A stretch of DNA of 64,000 nucleotides from positions 73,966,001 through 74,030,000 of the forward strand of contig OX597817.1 of NCBI GenBank assembly GCA_951406725.2, written 5' to 3'. This DNA is from Octopus vulgaris (lineage: Eukaryota). Shown here piece by piece: positions 27,620-41,476 of this stretch. Under the pieces are notes generated by a model, which did no database searches, was not told the DNA's origin, and was given only the letters and a program-made list of their open reading frames with translations. The translations under genes were made by a program, and so were the position numbers. Within the stretch, counting starts at the first letter, position 1. Each line of letters opens with the position of its first letter.

Positions 27620-28811
27620 ACGAGGGAGGAGAAGAAGAATGAGACAGCTACGACGATGATGACTACTTTGAACCAAAGGATCGGAAATGTTATGATGAAT
27701 GCTTTCACCTTGAACTACAATAATCGATCTAGACAGTTGGGAATCAACAATAAGTGCAAAACAATGTTTTGCAGTATAGCAAGATAAAAGCCCGTCATTA
27801 TATTCGAAGCTCGATGGTTTTTGTATGTCTTCAATATGGAAACGATATTGGCAGCGATAGCGGCGTTGGAGGTAACATTTAGCAGAATCAGTAGAACAGC
27901 AAAGAAAAATATATAATTCCTTGCGATACTGAATTATTTTATTTCACGCTGTGTTCGAATCTGAATCTCTCCGCGGTCGACTTTACCTTTCAATCTACTG
28001 GTATCGTTAAAGTAAAGTATCTGCCAAATACTGAGAGTTATATCTTTCCAACAAAATCCAAAACCATGCGGTAGAAATCGATATTTGATTACGTTACTTT
28101 ATGTTCTGAATTCAAATTCGGCAACAGTCGAGTTTCCTTTTCAAGCTTCTGGGCCAATAAAAGAAAAACAAAAACAAGCATAAGCGTACCGGTATTAATA
28201 TACTATAATGTACATAGTATATATACTCACTCTACAATACCCTTTCTCAATAAATTTTTGGCCTTGTGCCAGTGCAAGAAATCCATAAGAAAGCGGTTAG
28301 AAATAGCAGTATCAGCAATTCCTTAAAGACCATTCGTATATCGTTAATAGCATTTTTGAACGTTATCCAATATTTATTTCCTCAAAGCTGAATGACGAAT
28401 TGGCAGTATTTTAGTTTAGTCTTTTCTTCGTTCGACACTCAAATCCAATCCGCAGAAGTAGACTTTTCCTTGTTATCACCGCCGTGACAGTCGATAAAAA
28501 TAAACACCACTAACAATTACTATTTGTAATATCACAGTTTTCTGCGTGAAAAATTGCGTCTTTTGTTACAAGACTTGAACGAGGCGATTATTGGTTCATT
28601 ACATTTACGATGGCAAGGGAATTCCTGCGTAATTCGGGCAGAACATACACCATGAGGTATTTGAGTTCGAAAACAGTGGTTTATCGCTTTTCTCACTGGT
28701 GTTTACATCTACCGCTGACACACATACATACTCATAGACACACACACATGCGTATGTAATTATAAATGTATATTTATGAATACATGTGTACATATAAATA
28801 TAATAAGAAAG

Positions 28812-28816
<5 letters not shown>

Positions 28817-28847
<31 letters not shown>

Positions 28848-28932
28848 TGTATGTATGTATGTATGTATGTATGTATGTATGTGTGTATGTATGTATGTAT
28901 GTATGTATGTATGTATGTATGTATGTATGTAT
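28817..28932. repeat. (TATG)n microsatellite
   Basis: Directly visible. Confidence 0.95.
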
Positions 28933-29269
28933 GCGTCTGTGTAATGTTTGAGTATGTATGTGTCTATTGTTGTATGTTCCGGCTACTTAAAATTTGGAGT
29001 TACAGTTTAAAGCAAAGTACTCAAAATTCAGTGAAGTACTCTGAGATTAATTCTCAAGAGAAGGAAACATCACTAGTTTTGTAAGAACCAGCATCTTAGT
29101 GTGTATATGTACACTTTAGCTGCTTGTTTCTCTGGAGATTGTCAAAGTGATCTGAACAATTCTGATGAGAACCTAATAAGATTCGAAAATCGACTAAGGT
29201 AGTTCACCATTTTTTCAGTCTGCGGAGAAATGGCTAAAATTTGCCGTTTATAATTATACCATATGACAC

Positions 29270-29330
<61 letters not shown>

Positions 29331-29333
<3 letters not shown>

Positions 29334-29542
29334 GAGGGGGTCCTGAAAACATCCTGCCTTTAAGGGTCTCGCGAGAGGCCTGGTTGGAGGCCAAACCTTC
29401 CGAGTTCTCTTAACGAGCTTAAGGAAAAGATAGAAGGCCGTGTGTGAATCAGAGAGGGGAATATGTTGAATATAATCATAGTTAACCGATCCTCCCGTAT
29501 TTTCTTTTACCCCAAACCAGAAACTTTTCTACGCCTCTCGTA
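29331..29542 (+). mobile_element. Mariner-derived MITE, copy 1
   Basis: TA-CGAGGGGGTCCTGAAAA...ACTTTTCTACGCCTCTCG-TA; the internal GGGGAATATGTTGAATA matches a mariner 'GEYVE' C-terminus. Confidence 0.8.
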
Positions 29543-29618
29543 TATGTGTGCGTGTGTTTGAGTCTGTGTGAATGTGCATATCTGGATGTCTGTGTGTGTA
29601 TGTGTGTGTGTGTGCGTG

Positions 29619-29696
<78 letters not shown>

Positions 29697-29699
29697 GAT

Positions 29700-30070
29700 T
29701 TCGTCTGTCAAAATGTCACTGCAAAAATTTGAATCGATCCGGTGTTAAAGGAAAAAACACTAGCCCAATATGCCACGTAAATATATTGAAAACTGCTACC
29801 ATATGCTTTTCAAAATGAAATTCTTAACCTCATGACATGCGCATGTCAGCGCTCTACGAAGAAAAATACTGTGCACTTCAGGAATTGGCAATGCCATCTT
29901 TATGGGAGCATTTATTGCTGCATGGTTTAAGATGTTTGTTTCGCCACTGCTCGGTATTGCATTTGATTTCACTACTCGGAATCTTCGACACGTGTGTTCT
30001 AACATAGTCTCGGGTCTACCGCAGAGTTACTGTAAATGCAATTTCGTAGACAGAAACTATGTAGGTAAAT
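29700..30070. mobile_element. Two old SINE family A heads, diverging (minus 29700-29850, plus 29900-30070)
   Basis: Degenerate matches to the head/core, e.g. TTTCGTAGACAGAAACT and GTGTTCTAACATAGTCTCGGG. Confidence 0.45.
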
Positions 30071-30617
30071 CGTGTGAGGAATCGTTTCTCGTCTTCTTTC
30101 ATTCGTCCGGTTTAATACGATCACTTTGCTTTTCGCTGCCTTTAGAAAAGTCAAACAGACAATAAGTACCCAGGCTAGGTTTGCACTCTCAGCAAAACTT
30201 ACACTTTTTCTCCCAAAATTCTCGGTCACTCTGAAAATGGTCATAAGCGACGTTCTTTCTCTTATGACTAAGCCATAATAAAAATAAAAATAAAATCCTT
30301 GCGCCGGAGCTATGCTGATCTATTCTGCATACTTTTAAATCTAGAATATCTACTTATGAAGCAAGTACATTATTTATTATTATTGCTTCTTTTCTGTCTA
30401 TCCCAGAGGACTGTTTGATCCTTTGTGTCAGCGCTCAGTCGTGTGTCGTTTGCAAAGTGTATCATTCGAATTGATTTGATTTTTTTTTTTCATAGACATA
30501 ATAAATTCAATAGTTTTCTACTCCATTATTACCAGTATTGTTGTAGTTAATATCAGTACTATTATTGTTGTTATTATTTAAAACGATTAAAAGAACTACA
30601 ACAAATGATCAAGCGTT

Positions 30618-31005
<388 letters not shown>

Positions 31006-32072
31006 CTACGGAGTGATACTAAATTTATATAAAAAAAAAACTATGGATATAAAAACAAAAGAAGCGGGGACAGGATCAAGGGAGAAAGATAATTATGCTG
31101 GATGAAAAGCAATGATCAGATATTTTCATGAGTCCACGTGTGAAGAATACTTCACAGGATGTTATCCTTTGTGTTAATCTCTATTATTTTATTTGGTATT
31201 TTTAAACATTTTTTTAACGCTCAGTGTACTTATTTTCTTTGTTGCTTCTATTAATATTGTTGAAGTTATTGTTGTTGTTGTTATGCTGACGATGGCGGCA
31301 GGGTGGGGCAGCGGCAACGGTGGTGGGGGATGTATAAACTAACGTTTGGTGTAATCGATTAGATCTCGGATCAAATGCATTTCTAGTGGTGGTAATTTTT
31401 TTCTGTTCGAGAAAAACTGTATCTGAAGTACGTTCTCTAATGTGTGTGATTTGAGATAGACTTCGCTGATATACATTGCAAGTCACGCTACTGCACAGAG
31501 AAGTTCCGTTTTCATTATTGATGTGACCAACAAATAAGGCTTTCAGTCGCGTACAGTTACATATAAAGCATTTATCTGGTACGGATAAATATACCGCAAA
31601 ACAGCAATTTTATTTTCAACTGTATGAAACTATATTTTGAAGAAAAGCTATTTTAACGTGCTTAGCATAAATAAGTTTATAACTTTCTAGGGGCGTCGAG
31701 AAGGTTCGGAAAAAGGTCTAATTATATTTGTAGCTACTGGGATATTAGGCTAACTAAAGTTGTACGGAAGCCCGGATGATACGCTGGATTGTCGCTATGA
31801 CACGACCGATCTACTCACACACTATTCGACGTTGACTCTGTCAGAGAGTTACGTGCGTCAGATTACCTGTGTGCTGGAATACTCAACCACTTTTATTATA
31901 GTCCAGTGTGTAGCTAGTGATAGAAACAACTTGAATACTCATCGTGGAAACTGCTGGTGGATACGTTTGTTTCTTGTTTTAATGTTTCTCAAATTTGAAT
32001 CCAATCTCGTACGTTTCAGAATTATCAAGGGCGCTGTGAATAAGCGTGTATATGTGTTGACATTAAGAGTGA

Positions 32073-32171
<99 letters not shown>

Positions 32172-32172
32172 C

Positions 32173-32208
<36 letters not shown>
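32073..32208. repeat. (AGT)n(AGC)n(AGT)n microsatellite
   Basis: Directly visible. Confidence 0.95.
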
Positions 32209-32209
<1 letters not shown>

Positions 32210-32618
32210 TAATGATTGTTGTTACTTAGTCATACGTGAAATTTAAGAGATCAGACTTATGATCACAGACATTCAGGACATAACCATCTATCCTGCTTTT
32301 CCTAGATGCATATAGGACTACGTTGGTCCACCTAACTATCTCTTAGCAAATTAAGACGTCAAGGTATGGTTTGCATGAATTCAACTGGTATTTTCAGCAG
32401 GCGAAGCAACCACTAGACTGCGTCATAGATACAGTGGCCTTGTTATGACAGAGAATGTTAAAAGATGAAAGTAATTATATAATAAAATCACATCAATGAG
32501 TATTTGCCTGACGGTCTGTCTAGTTTCATCTAGATTCATAACTTAATGATATCATACTAGATAGCTTTACGTTTGTACATACATACATACATACATGTAT
32601 ATATACATGTATGTATGA

Positions 32619-32663
<45 letters not shown>

Positions 32664-32789
32664 TATATCTATATCTTTACATATCTGTAATATCTATGTA
32701 TATGTACATTTATATATATATGCATATATTTGCGTGTGTATATGAATATATATATGTATATATATACATTTATATATGTGTATGTGTGA

Positions 32790-32837
<48 letters not shown>

Positions 32838-33107
32838 TCTGTGTTTGTGTGAATATGTATGTGATTGACAAGATACGCGTATACGTACACATACACATGC
32901 ACGAACACACTCACTCACACTCATATATTGGAAAAGAGAGTCATGCAACACATGTATGTGTATGTATGCATGTGCGTAAGTTTGCATTTGGGTGCTCCTA
33001 TGTGTGTGTTTGTCTATGTGATTTTGGACCACTTTTGCCTACTCACACACATACACAGACACACGCACGCACGCATACACACATGTGTATAATTAATAGC
33101 ATATTCA

Positions 33108-33155
<48 letters not shown>

Positions 33156-33842
33156 TTCATGTGTATCAACTCGTATTACCGTACACAATGTATATGCACA
33201 CACACGCACGCACACACATGCACACACACACACAAACATATTTCATTGCTATACAATGCACATACGCACGTGCGCAGACACACAAGCACACGTCCGTTCG
33301 CAATCGTACATGCACGTGCGCACGCGCAAGTAGTAAAAGTTCCAGGTTGTCTTGCTCTCTTCTAATAAATTAATAATTGCTAAAATGTTCAATGGAAATA
33401 TGGATGGATGTTTGGTGATCAATGACGAATGAATGCGGAAATGAATAAATCAATCGATATATAAAATGTATTAAATAATAAATAAAAGGAAAGCACTTTT
33501 TATCAATCCTTTATTGGGGATAAAAATATAGAATAGAAACAGAATAAAACAGAAAGCGAAAACACAAAACAAAACGAAATGAAACAACGCTTGTCCTTTT
33601 ATAAAACCCTTTTCCATAATGGATATCAAACGTTGACAACAACAGTAATAACAACAACAACAATAACAGCTACAACAAAGAGATAGGAAGCGAGAGAGCG
33701 GTAGAACACATGGACACGGAACTAAAATTCCAGAAACGCCATCTGCTATATATCACTGGCGAGAATAGCGTACATATGCGTAATGATTTCTCAATTAAGC
33801 ATAACGTCTCCGGGAATTAAATGGCTAAAGACACAAACGCTG

Positions 33843-34092
33843 GATGATGATGAGGATGATGATCATGATGATTATGATGACGACGATGATGGCAATGATG
33901 TTGATTATGATGATGTTGATTATGATGATGATGATTATTATTATTATGCTGAAAACGATGATGGTGATTTATTATGATGATGATGATGAGGAGGAGGGAG
34001 TGAAGGTGGAGAGGATGACATCGGCAAAGACGAAGATCATTATGAAGATGATGATGATGATGATGATAACGACAACCATGACGACGACAACA

Positions 34093-34123
<31 letters not shown>

Positions 34124-34200
34124 TGATGATGATGATGATGAGGAGGAGGAGGAGGAGGATGAGGAGGAGGAGGAGGAGGAGGAGGAGGAGGAGGAGGAGG
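33843..34200. repeat. (GAT)n(GAC)n(GAG)n trinucleotide field
   Basis: Directly visible. Confidence 0.95.
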
Positions 34201-34384
34201 AATAGCTGTAGTATAGGAAGTCGTTGTTTTTCTCATTGCTCACGGCTCAGTTCAATCCTGAGTCCGACCTGACAAATATCAAAATATGTCATAGGACTTC
34301 CAACCATGACTATCTCCGTCTGTTTTATTCAGGTACAGTGTGAATAGATTTATATTAATTAATATATTTTGCTTTTAATTATAA

Positions 34385-34540
34385 TTTTTACTATGGGCAC
34401 AAGGCCAACAGTTTCAATGCTTAAGTGGTACTCATTTTATCGATCCCGCAAGGATGAAAGACAAAGTCGATCTCAGCGGAACCTGAACTCAGAGCGTGAA
34501 AACGGATGAAATACCTCTAAGCATTTTGTCCGGCGTGCTA

Positions 34541-34611
<71 letters not shown>

Positions 34612-34785
34612 CTTTTCTGCTGGAGGCACAAGGTCTTAAATTGGGGGGGGGGGACAGTCGATTACAACGAACCCAGTGTTTCACTAGTACTTAGTTTATC
34701 GATCCCGAGAGGATGAAAGGCAAAGTCGACCTTCGCAGAATTTGTACTCAGAACTTAAAGGCGGATGAAATGACGCCGAGCATGC
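34385..34785 (-). mobile_element. Two SINE family B copies separated by (TAA)n
   Basis: Each has TTTATCGATCCC..GGATGAAAG.CAAAGTCGA...ACTCAGA; (TAA)n at 34550-34611. Confidence 0.8.
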
Positions 34786-35317
34786 TAATAATAATAAATG
34801 AACAGTATAGTAAAATCTGAGGAAATTTTCGCTACTATTTTTAACAGGTCGAATGGCCAATTAGATGTAATCCCGTTATTGGTTCTAGGATAAAGAATTG
34901 GATGAGTACGATGATGAATGGAGAGAGAGAGAAGGAGGAAGAAGAAAGTTGTCGGTAGAGGAGGTTGGCGGAGGAGGAGGATAAAGAAGGGGATTGAGCA
35001 AGAGAAGCAACAGAATGAAGAGGACGAAGGGGGGAGAGGCGAAGGGGTGGTAGAGGCAAAGGACTGCGTATTGATCGACATTCACCCCATCCGTCCACGG
35101 CCCCGTAGACACGCTCCTCATTTACATGCAATTTCTCTGGGGATGGGTCCTGTCCTAAAAGTTGCAGTCCACGTCTCCCTGCGGCATCAAAGCTATTCAG
35201 ATTTGGAAACTTAATATATGTGTGTGACTGGCAAATAAATACGTACATGTGTGCGTGTGTACATACATACATAAATGTGTGTATGTATATATATGTGTGT
35301 GTGTGTGTGTGTGTGAG

Positions 35318-35368
<51 letters not shown>

Positions 35369-35470
35369 GTATGTATGTATGTAAGTATGTATGTATGTAT
35401 GTATGTATGTATGTATGTATGTATGTATGTATGTATGTATGTATGTATGTATACATTGTCGTCTTCATTG

Positions 35471-35760
35471 TAACCTCCGCCAAGGAAGGAGGTTATGTTT
35501 TCATTGGCGTTGGCTTGTCCGTCTGTGTGCCAAATAACTCAAAAATTTGCGAACGGTATTTAATGAAACTTGCAGAAAAAGTTGGTAATGACAGAAAGAA
35601 CAGATAATGAAATTTTGGTAGTGTTCCGGGATTTTTTTATGGATTCTTGAAGGATTTTTCATTTGTTATATTTACTTTGCATGAAGTATTGTTACGTTCT
35701 TTGATTATCTCCCTTGAAAACACATCGTTTCTACGTAACCTATGTTGGCGTAGCTATTTA
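35471..35760 (+). mobile_element. Helentron-associated element (degenerate 3' end)
   Basis: TAACCTCCGCCAAGGAAGGAGGTTATGTTTTC start; possible decayed partner TTGGCGTAGCT near 35745. Confidence 0.6.
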
Positions 35761-36103
35761 GAGACAGAGTTGATGATGACGATGGTCGAGATAAGTATGG
35801 GAGAAGGATAAAATAGTATCGGCGACAGGAGCGGTGTAATGTGTGATGCTGCGGTGATGGTGGTAATAGTGGTGTTGATGATAGTGTTAGTTGTGTGATG
35901 GTCATATTGCAGTGATTATACTGGCTGTGGTGGTGAATGTGACTGTCAAGGTAACCGTCATGATAACATTGATGGCGGTATATGTGGTTGAAGTGGAAGC
36001 AATGACAATGCTGCTGATGATGTTGGTGATTGTGAACTGCTTCAGATGATTTCTGTTTTTAAAGGGTTATTTTCTTAAAATCATATGGCTGTGCTGTTCT
36101 TTT

Positions 36104-36234
36104 TTACCCCCGCCAAGGAAGTTATGTTTTTGCCGGCGTTGGTTTGGGAAATTGGGCGATTTTCAGCATGCGTGAATATGGGTGGAAATGAGCTGTTTGG
36201 CGGAGGTCTGCGCTCTCCGTGTGATTTTCTAGTT
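36104..36234 (+). mobile_element. Minimal Helentron-associated element (~130 bp)
   Basis: TTACCCCCGCCAAGG...TTGGCGGAGGTCTGCGCTCTCCGTGTGATTTTCTAGTT, in a T-run, with no TSD. Confidence 0.7.
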
Positions 36235-36448
36235 TTTAGTATCATGATTTTATTGATGATGACGATGATGACGGCGACGACAACGTTATTGTCGTCACCG
36301 TCAGCGTCGTGGTTAAAACTGTTTCCTTCGACATCATTATGTTCCTTGTAATCGTTTTTCTATACTTCGTCCCTGATTTATAGGCTCATAAACACACACA
36401 CACACACACACACACACATAAATACAAATATATATACGCACACACACA

Positions 36449-36519
<71 letters not shown>

Positions 36520-36521
<2 letters not shown>

Positions 36522-36640
36522 GCGGGGTATCCAGAAAGAAACCGGAATTTTGCAATATTATTTTATTCACTTAGTTTTACATGGTTACACTGGTATCGTT
36601 TTCAAAGTATTCCCCATTTGAAGCAATGCATCGATTCATG
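36520..36640 (-). mobile_element. Mariner transposon 3' end fragment
   Basis: Minus reading NRCIASNGEYFEND (mariner C-terminus), followed by TIR-like sequence. Confidence 0.6.
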
Positions 36641-36679
36641 GAAGTGATAGTACTGCCAGAGGTAGTGCTAATTGGTCAC

Positions 36680-36680
<1 letters not shown>

Positions 36681-36773
<93 letters not shown>

Positions 36774-36776
36774 ATT
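36681..36776. repeat. (ATT)n(GTT)n microsatellite
   Basis: Directly visible. Confidence 0.95.
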
Positions 36777-36779
36777 GCA

Positions 36780-37000
36780 GTAAACCGGTAGAAACACGTT
36801 AACACGGTCGACTAAATGCTTTGCGGCCTTTCGTCCATCTTCCCTTTCTGAGTTTCAAATTCCGCCGAGACCGATTTTGCCTTTCCTCGTTTCGAGATCG
36901 ATGAAATAAGTACCAGTTATGTACCAGGGGATCTATGCAATCGATTTCGCCCTTGCCTCAAAGTTACTGGTCGTGTACCAAAATTTTGAAACCATTATTA
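36780..37000 (+). mobile_element. SINE family B copy
   Basis: TCTGAGTTTCAAATTCCGCCGAG...GCCTTTCCTCGTTTCGAGATCGATGAAATAAGTACCAG. Confidence 0.8.
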
Positions 37001-37684
37001 TTATTTACAATTTTAGATAATGACAACTGTACATAACCTGAAAAATCTCATTGGAATGTCTTTAATTCTATTGTAAACATTAAAAATACAAATAGAATTT
37101 CGCCATAATTCTGTGTAAACATCAAAATATAGAATGCAAATCTCTTTTATCTTCATCTTCCACTTCAATCGCATAAGCAGGCTTATGATTTGAATGGTTT
37201 TAGCATTTCATAGAGATTATTTCCATCTTTGAAAAGAGGGAGTAAAAATCTAGGAAATTGAGCAGAATGGAGTCCCAGTTTAAATAACCATTTGGAACGG
37301 ATTTACTGTCCTTTGAGAGAGATTTCGTTCTTATTTGCCGCTGGACTAGGAACCTCGTTGAGGTTTCTTCATGGTATAATTTTCGGTGCTGTTTTTGTTG
37401 CTACTGTTGCTGCAGCACTTATTTTTGTTGTTGAAGTTGTTTTAGCTTCAGGTCGAAAATCTTCCAACCATGATCGCCATTTTTTAATGTGTATATTTAT
37501 TACTACAATGTTGAATATGTCTTTCATTTTCTTGAAAACAGTAGTGTATATGATATGAAGGAGAAGAGTTTGCTGCTTCTAGCTGGTTGAGGGACAACAC
37601 AAAACACTATTGAAGAACATATGACACTCGTGTCATTAGTAACACGCTACGGGTATTCTAAAGGATAATCCTTCACTTGATTTG

Positions 37685-38215
37685 ACCATTGGATTGCAGC
37701 CGTGCTGGAGCACCGCCTTGAAGGGTTAGTCAAACAAATCGACCCTAGGAGTTATATTTTAAATGTGATAATTATTGCCTCGTGTATTATGTCGAATTAC
37801 ACGACTAGAGGGCCGAAAACTATCACCGGTTATCAAGCGTTGGAAGAATAACTAACACAAAGACACATATATAAATAGTCATTCATTCATATATACATAT
37901 ATGCATTCATACATACATACGTACGTACGTACATACATACATACATACATACATACATACATACATACATACATACATACATACATACATACATACATAA
38001 ATACATACATACATACGTACGTACATGCACGCGCTCACATAGGTATTTATATAGGTTGGTTTTCTATACAGCTTCCGTCTACCATATTATCTCACAAGGC
38101 TGAGAGCATTAATTGGAGTCATTTGACCAAAATGGCGCGCATTGTGATTCGATCGGAAACCATGTGATTGCGATACGAACTTCTTAACAAACCAATCATA
38201 GCTGCATGTGCATAT
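37685..38215 (-). mobile_element. Degenerate SINE family A copy
   Basis: GCCGTGCTGGAGCACCGCCTTGAAG tail, (CATA)n centre, decayed head. Confidence 0.65.
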
Positions 38216-38746
38216 GCCCATGCCTAATAGCCTGTCAATATATATATATATATATATCCTAAATAAAAAAAAAGTTTAAAATTCTACTTGCAACATCATG
38301 TTATAAGTACCTATAAATATTTACACTTAGCAATAAGCAGTTAGATAAACTGACAACTAACATTTATACGTATTTATGTATACATGTAAGTGTCACTTAC
38401 ATGCATACATAATTAGGTATACATATAAGTGATGTTCCAATATCAGGATAATTAAAGTAATTGAAATTTCGATACACTAAAATGGATTCACCGTCACCAA
38501 CGCAGGGGCTTCCTAGTGAGGCTTCCTCTTCCTCACAAAAGGGCACATAAGATAAACTAGGTGGGAAACATGATATATGCTGGTGCTATTCCTTCGCACT
38601 TAACATTGGTGGTGTGCATTCTAGCACACTGTTTGATGGTGGAGGCGGTAGTGGCGGTGGTGGTAGTTGGTTCTAATGAGCTTATTGGTGCAGCTCCTAT
38701 GATTGCATAAAACATACAGATGCAAATCTTACAAATAATAATAATA

Positions 38747-38781
<35 letters not shown>

Positions 38782-38839
38782 AATAATAATAATGATAATA
38801 ATAATTGTATTTTCATTGAATTTTTTTTACAATATGAAA

Positions 38840-40010
38840 TTCTGAAATACATCAGAACAAACAACATCACAGAAATAAATAATTTGATCAAGGCAGCAAG
38901 TATTGTTGTAGTAGAAAATGTGGGTGTTGATGTCAAGAAAAAGAAACATAAAGAGAATGGCAAAAGAAAATATCCATGGTGGAAAAGAAGAATCCAGGCA
39001 GGGTTAGACATGCTCTCGAAGGAAATCTCTGTGTTAGACCGAAAAGAGAAAGGGGAGTTTAAAAGCGAGTAAAAATACAGGGCGCTGAAAAGGAAGTATA
39101 ATATTGAAAGAAAGGGCCTGAAAGTAGTAGATGAACTGAAGCAGCGCCTCGTTGCAAATAAAGCAAATATGGTAAGATGTGACCAAAGAATGAAGGGCTG
39201 CCACCAGAATAGGTTATTCAGAGTAGATCAGAGAAGATTCTATAAAGAAATAAATGGAGAGTGTACAGATGAAAGTTGATACCAGATAACATTGGAAGTC
39301 AAAGATTTTGGAGTAACATCTGGAGCAATGACAAGGAGCACAAGTAGGATGCTGAATGGTTGAAAGAACTGAAACAAACATTAGTCCGTCCAAAAGAAGC
39401 AGAACTAGTCATTTCAGTTAGGGAAGTGAAAGAAATCAGCAAAAAAAATGAGCAACTGGAAGGCCCCGGGACCAGATGGAGTTCAAGGCTACTGTATCAA
39501 AAGATTTGGTGAATGTCATGCAAGAATAGCTGCGCAACTCTACACATTGTTAAATGCCGACCATTTAAGTAACCCCAGAGTGGTTGACATTGGATAGGAC
39601 AGTGCTGTACCTGAAAAACATCGAAAAGGGCAATACGGTGGACAATTACAGGCTGATATCCTGTTTGCCACTTGTGTGGAAGTTATTGACCGGAATACTC
39701 GCAGTCAATGTACGAACATCTGGAAAAAAAATGGAGTCCTGCCACATGAGCAGAAGGGTTGCAAGCGTAAGCGCAGAGGTACCAAGGACAACTCCTGATA
39801 GACAAAATTGTACTCAGAAACTGCAAGACGAAGAAAAGTAACTTAACCATGTCATAGATCGACTAACGTAAGGCGTACGATACGATTTCAAATTCTTGGA
39901 TTATGGCGTGTGTGAACCTATTTGGTATTGCATCGAATGTTGAGTGATTGCTTGGAAAAAGTATGGCGAATTCGAGGACGGACCTCACAGCATACGGAAG
40001 AAGTTTAGAT
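38840..40010 (+). pseudogene. Decayed R4/Dong-clade LINE ORF fragment (pre-RT and RT N-terminal half)
   Basis: PWWKRRI...QNRLF..DQRRFY...FWSNIW...AEWL...NWKAPGPDGVQGY...[18 protein letters not shown]...EQKGC...LIDK...KAYDT; stops and frameshifts; abuts a (TAA)n/(TGA)n run. Confidence 0.9.
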
Positions 40011-40825
40011 AAACAAAAGAAAATAAACAAAAATGAAAGCGTATTTAAAATTTTTGTTTTTTAATTTCGCTCAATCATGTCTGCAGTATAACCTGTCTAA
40101 ACGGTCCAGTTAAAAATTCTACTGTTTTATAGAATTTTCAATATTACGATTTGAATGAAATATTTACTTCTTATAGCAACCTCTTAATGTTAATTCAGAG
40201 ATGCACAAATTCAGCAACAACTGTATTAATCTCAACAATCTCGGAGTGGAGTCAGGGGTGACGAAGATCAAAGACGCTGCCCACTTCCTCGTGAATAATG
40301 CATACAAATTAAGACCTTAATCTGTTTCAAATTGTTATTAAAACAGGGGTTCCTTGTTACCACAATCTCCCAGTTTTACGCTTCTTTCTCAAAGAGAGAA
40401 ATATTAATCTGTATGAAAAAATTAAAACGCTTTCAAATTAAACATCCTGCTATCTGATTGAAGATAAAGCTTAGAGCAATTTTTATTATATTTTTATTAC
40501 ACTTGAATGTTTACATAGAATCATAATTAAATTCCATTTGTTTGTCAATATTTACAAAAGAATTAAAGCACTTAAGTGATATTTTAAAGTGATAGCTGGC
40601 TGTCATTATCCAAAGTGAACTTTGTTTTTGCAACTACTGCAATTTCTACCGTGTAAAAGTTGCCTAAGGTTTCGTAGATTGATATGATAGATACTCAAAT
40701 ACGCCTGGTTCTGCTTCTAGCAAATGAGGGAACTGACTTGAGAATTCTGACATTCTCTAGATACGGTACCCCTTCTCGAGGTGAAGTGACAGATGGATTC
40801 ATAACTGATGGGTAAAAAAAGAGCG

Positions 40826-40891
<66 letters not shown>

Positions 40892-41019
40892 GAGTGTGTG
40901 CTTGTGTGCGTATGTGTGTGTGTGCATGTGTATGTGTGTGTGTGTGTGTGCGTGTGTGTGTGCGTGTGTGTGTGCGTGTGCACACGTGTGTGTGTGTATG
41001 TGTGTGTGTGTGTGTGTGT

Positions 41020-41188
41020 GATCTTTTCTCTCTCCATCTGTTTTTGCTCCTAATTTCTTTCTGTAGAAGAACGTAGGCTCTAAATGTCAAAAACTTCTTC
41101 CATATTTCCTGAATACCGAACCATGTTTGTTGTTCTTTCTCCTGCCTCTGCTTTTTTTTTTGTATATCTTTTTGCTTGGTTTTGAACC

Positions 41189-41192
<4 letters not shown>
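41020..41192 (+). mobile_element. TA-embedded short element related to the insert at 4800-4915
   Basis: Shares AAAgACTT...ATATTTCCTGA...TGTTTGTT...CCTGCCT with 4812-4890 and ends in (TA)n. Confidence 0.5.
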
Positions 41193-41269
<77 letters not shown>

Positions 41270-41442
41270 TTTTATCTAGTTTCAGCTCACGAGCTGTGGC
41301 CATGCTGAGGTACAGCCATTTATATGGTGCATAAATATGTTCCAGCATGACCGCAATCTAATATTGATTGAAACAAGTAAAAGATATATATATATATGTG
41401 TGCATGTATATATATATATATATACACACACATATATGTATG

Positions 41443-41476
<34 letters not shown>

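Noticed and set aside
31761-32062. Solo LTR (TG...CA)
   Set aside because: No TSD, PBS or second copy.
33735-33755. CTCF-like CGCCATCTGCT, plus scattered TCF (GATCAAAG at ~25404, ~40267) and CRE (~57557) motifs
   Set aside because: Single short motifs are expected by chance in 64 kb.
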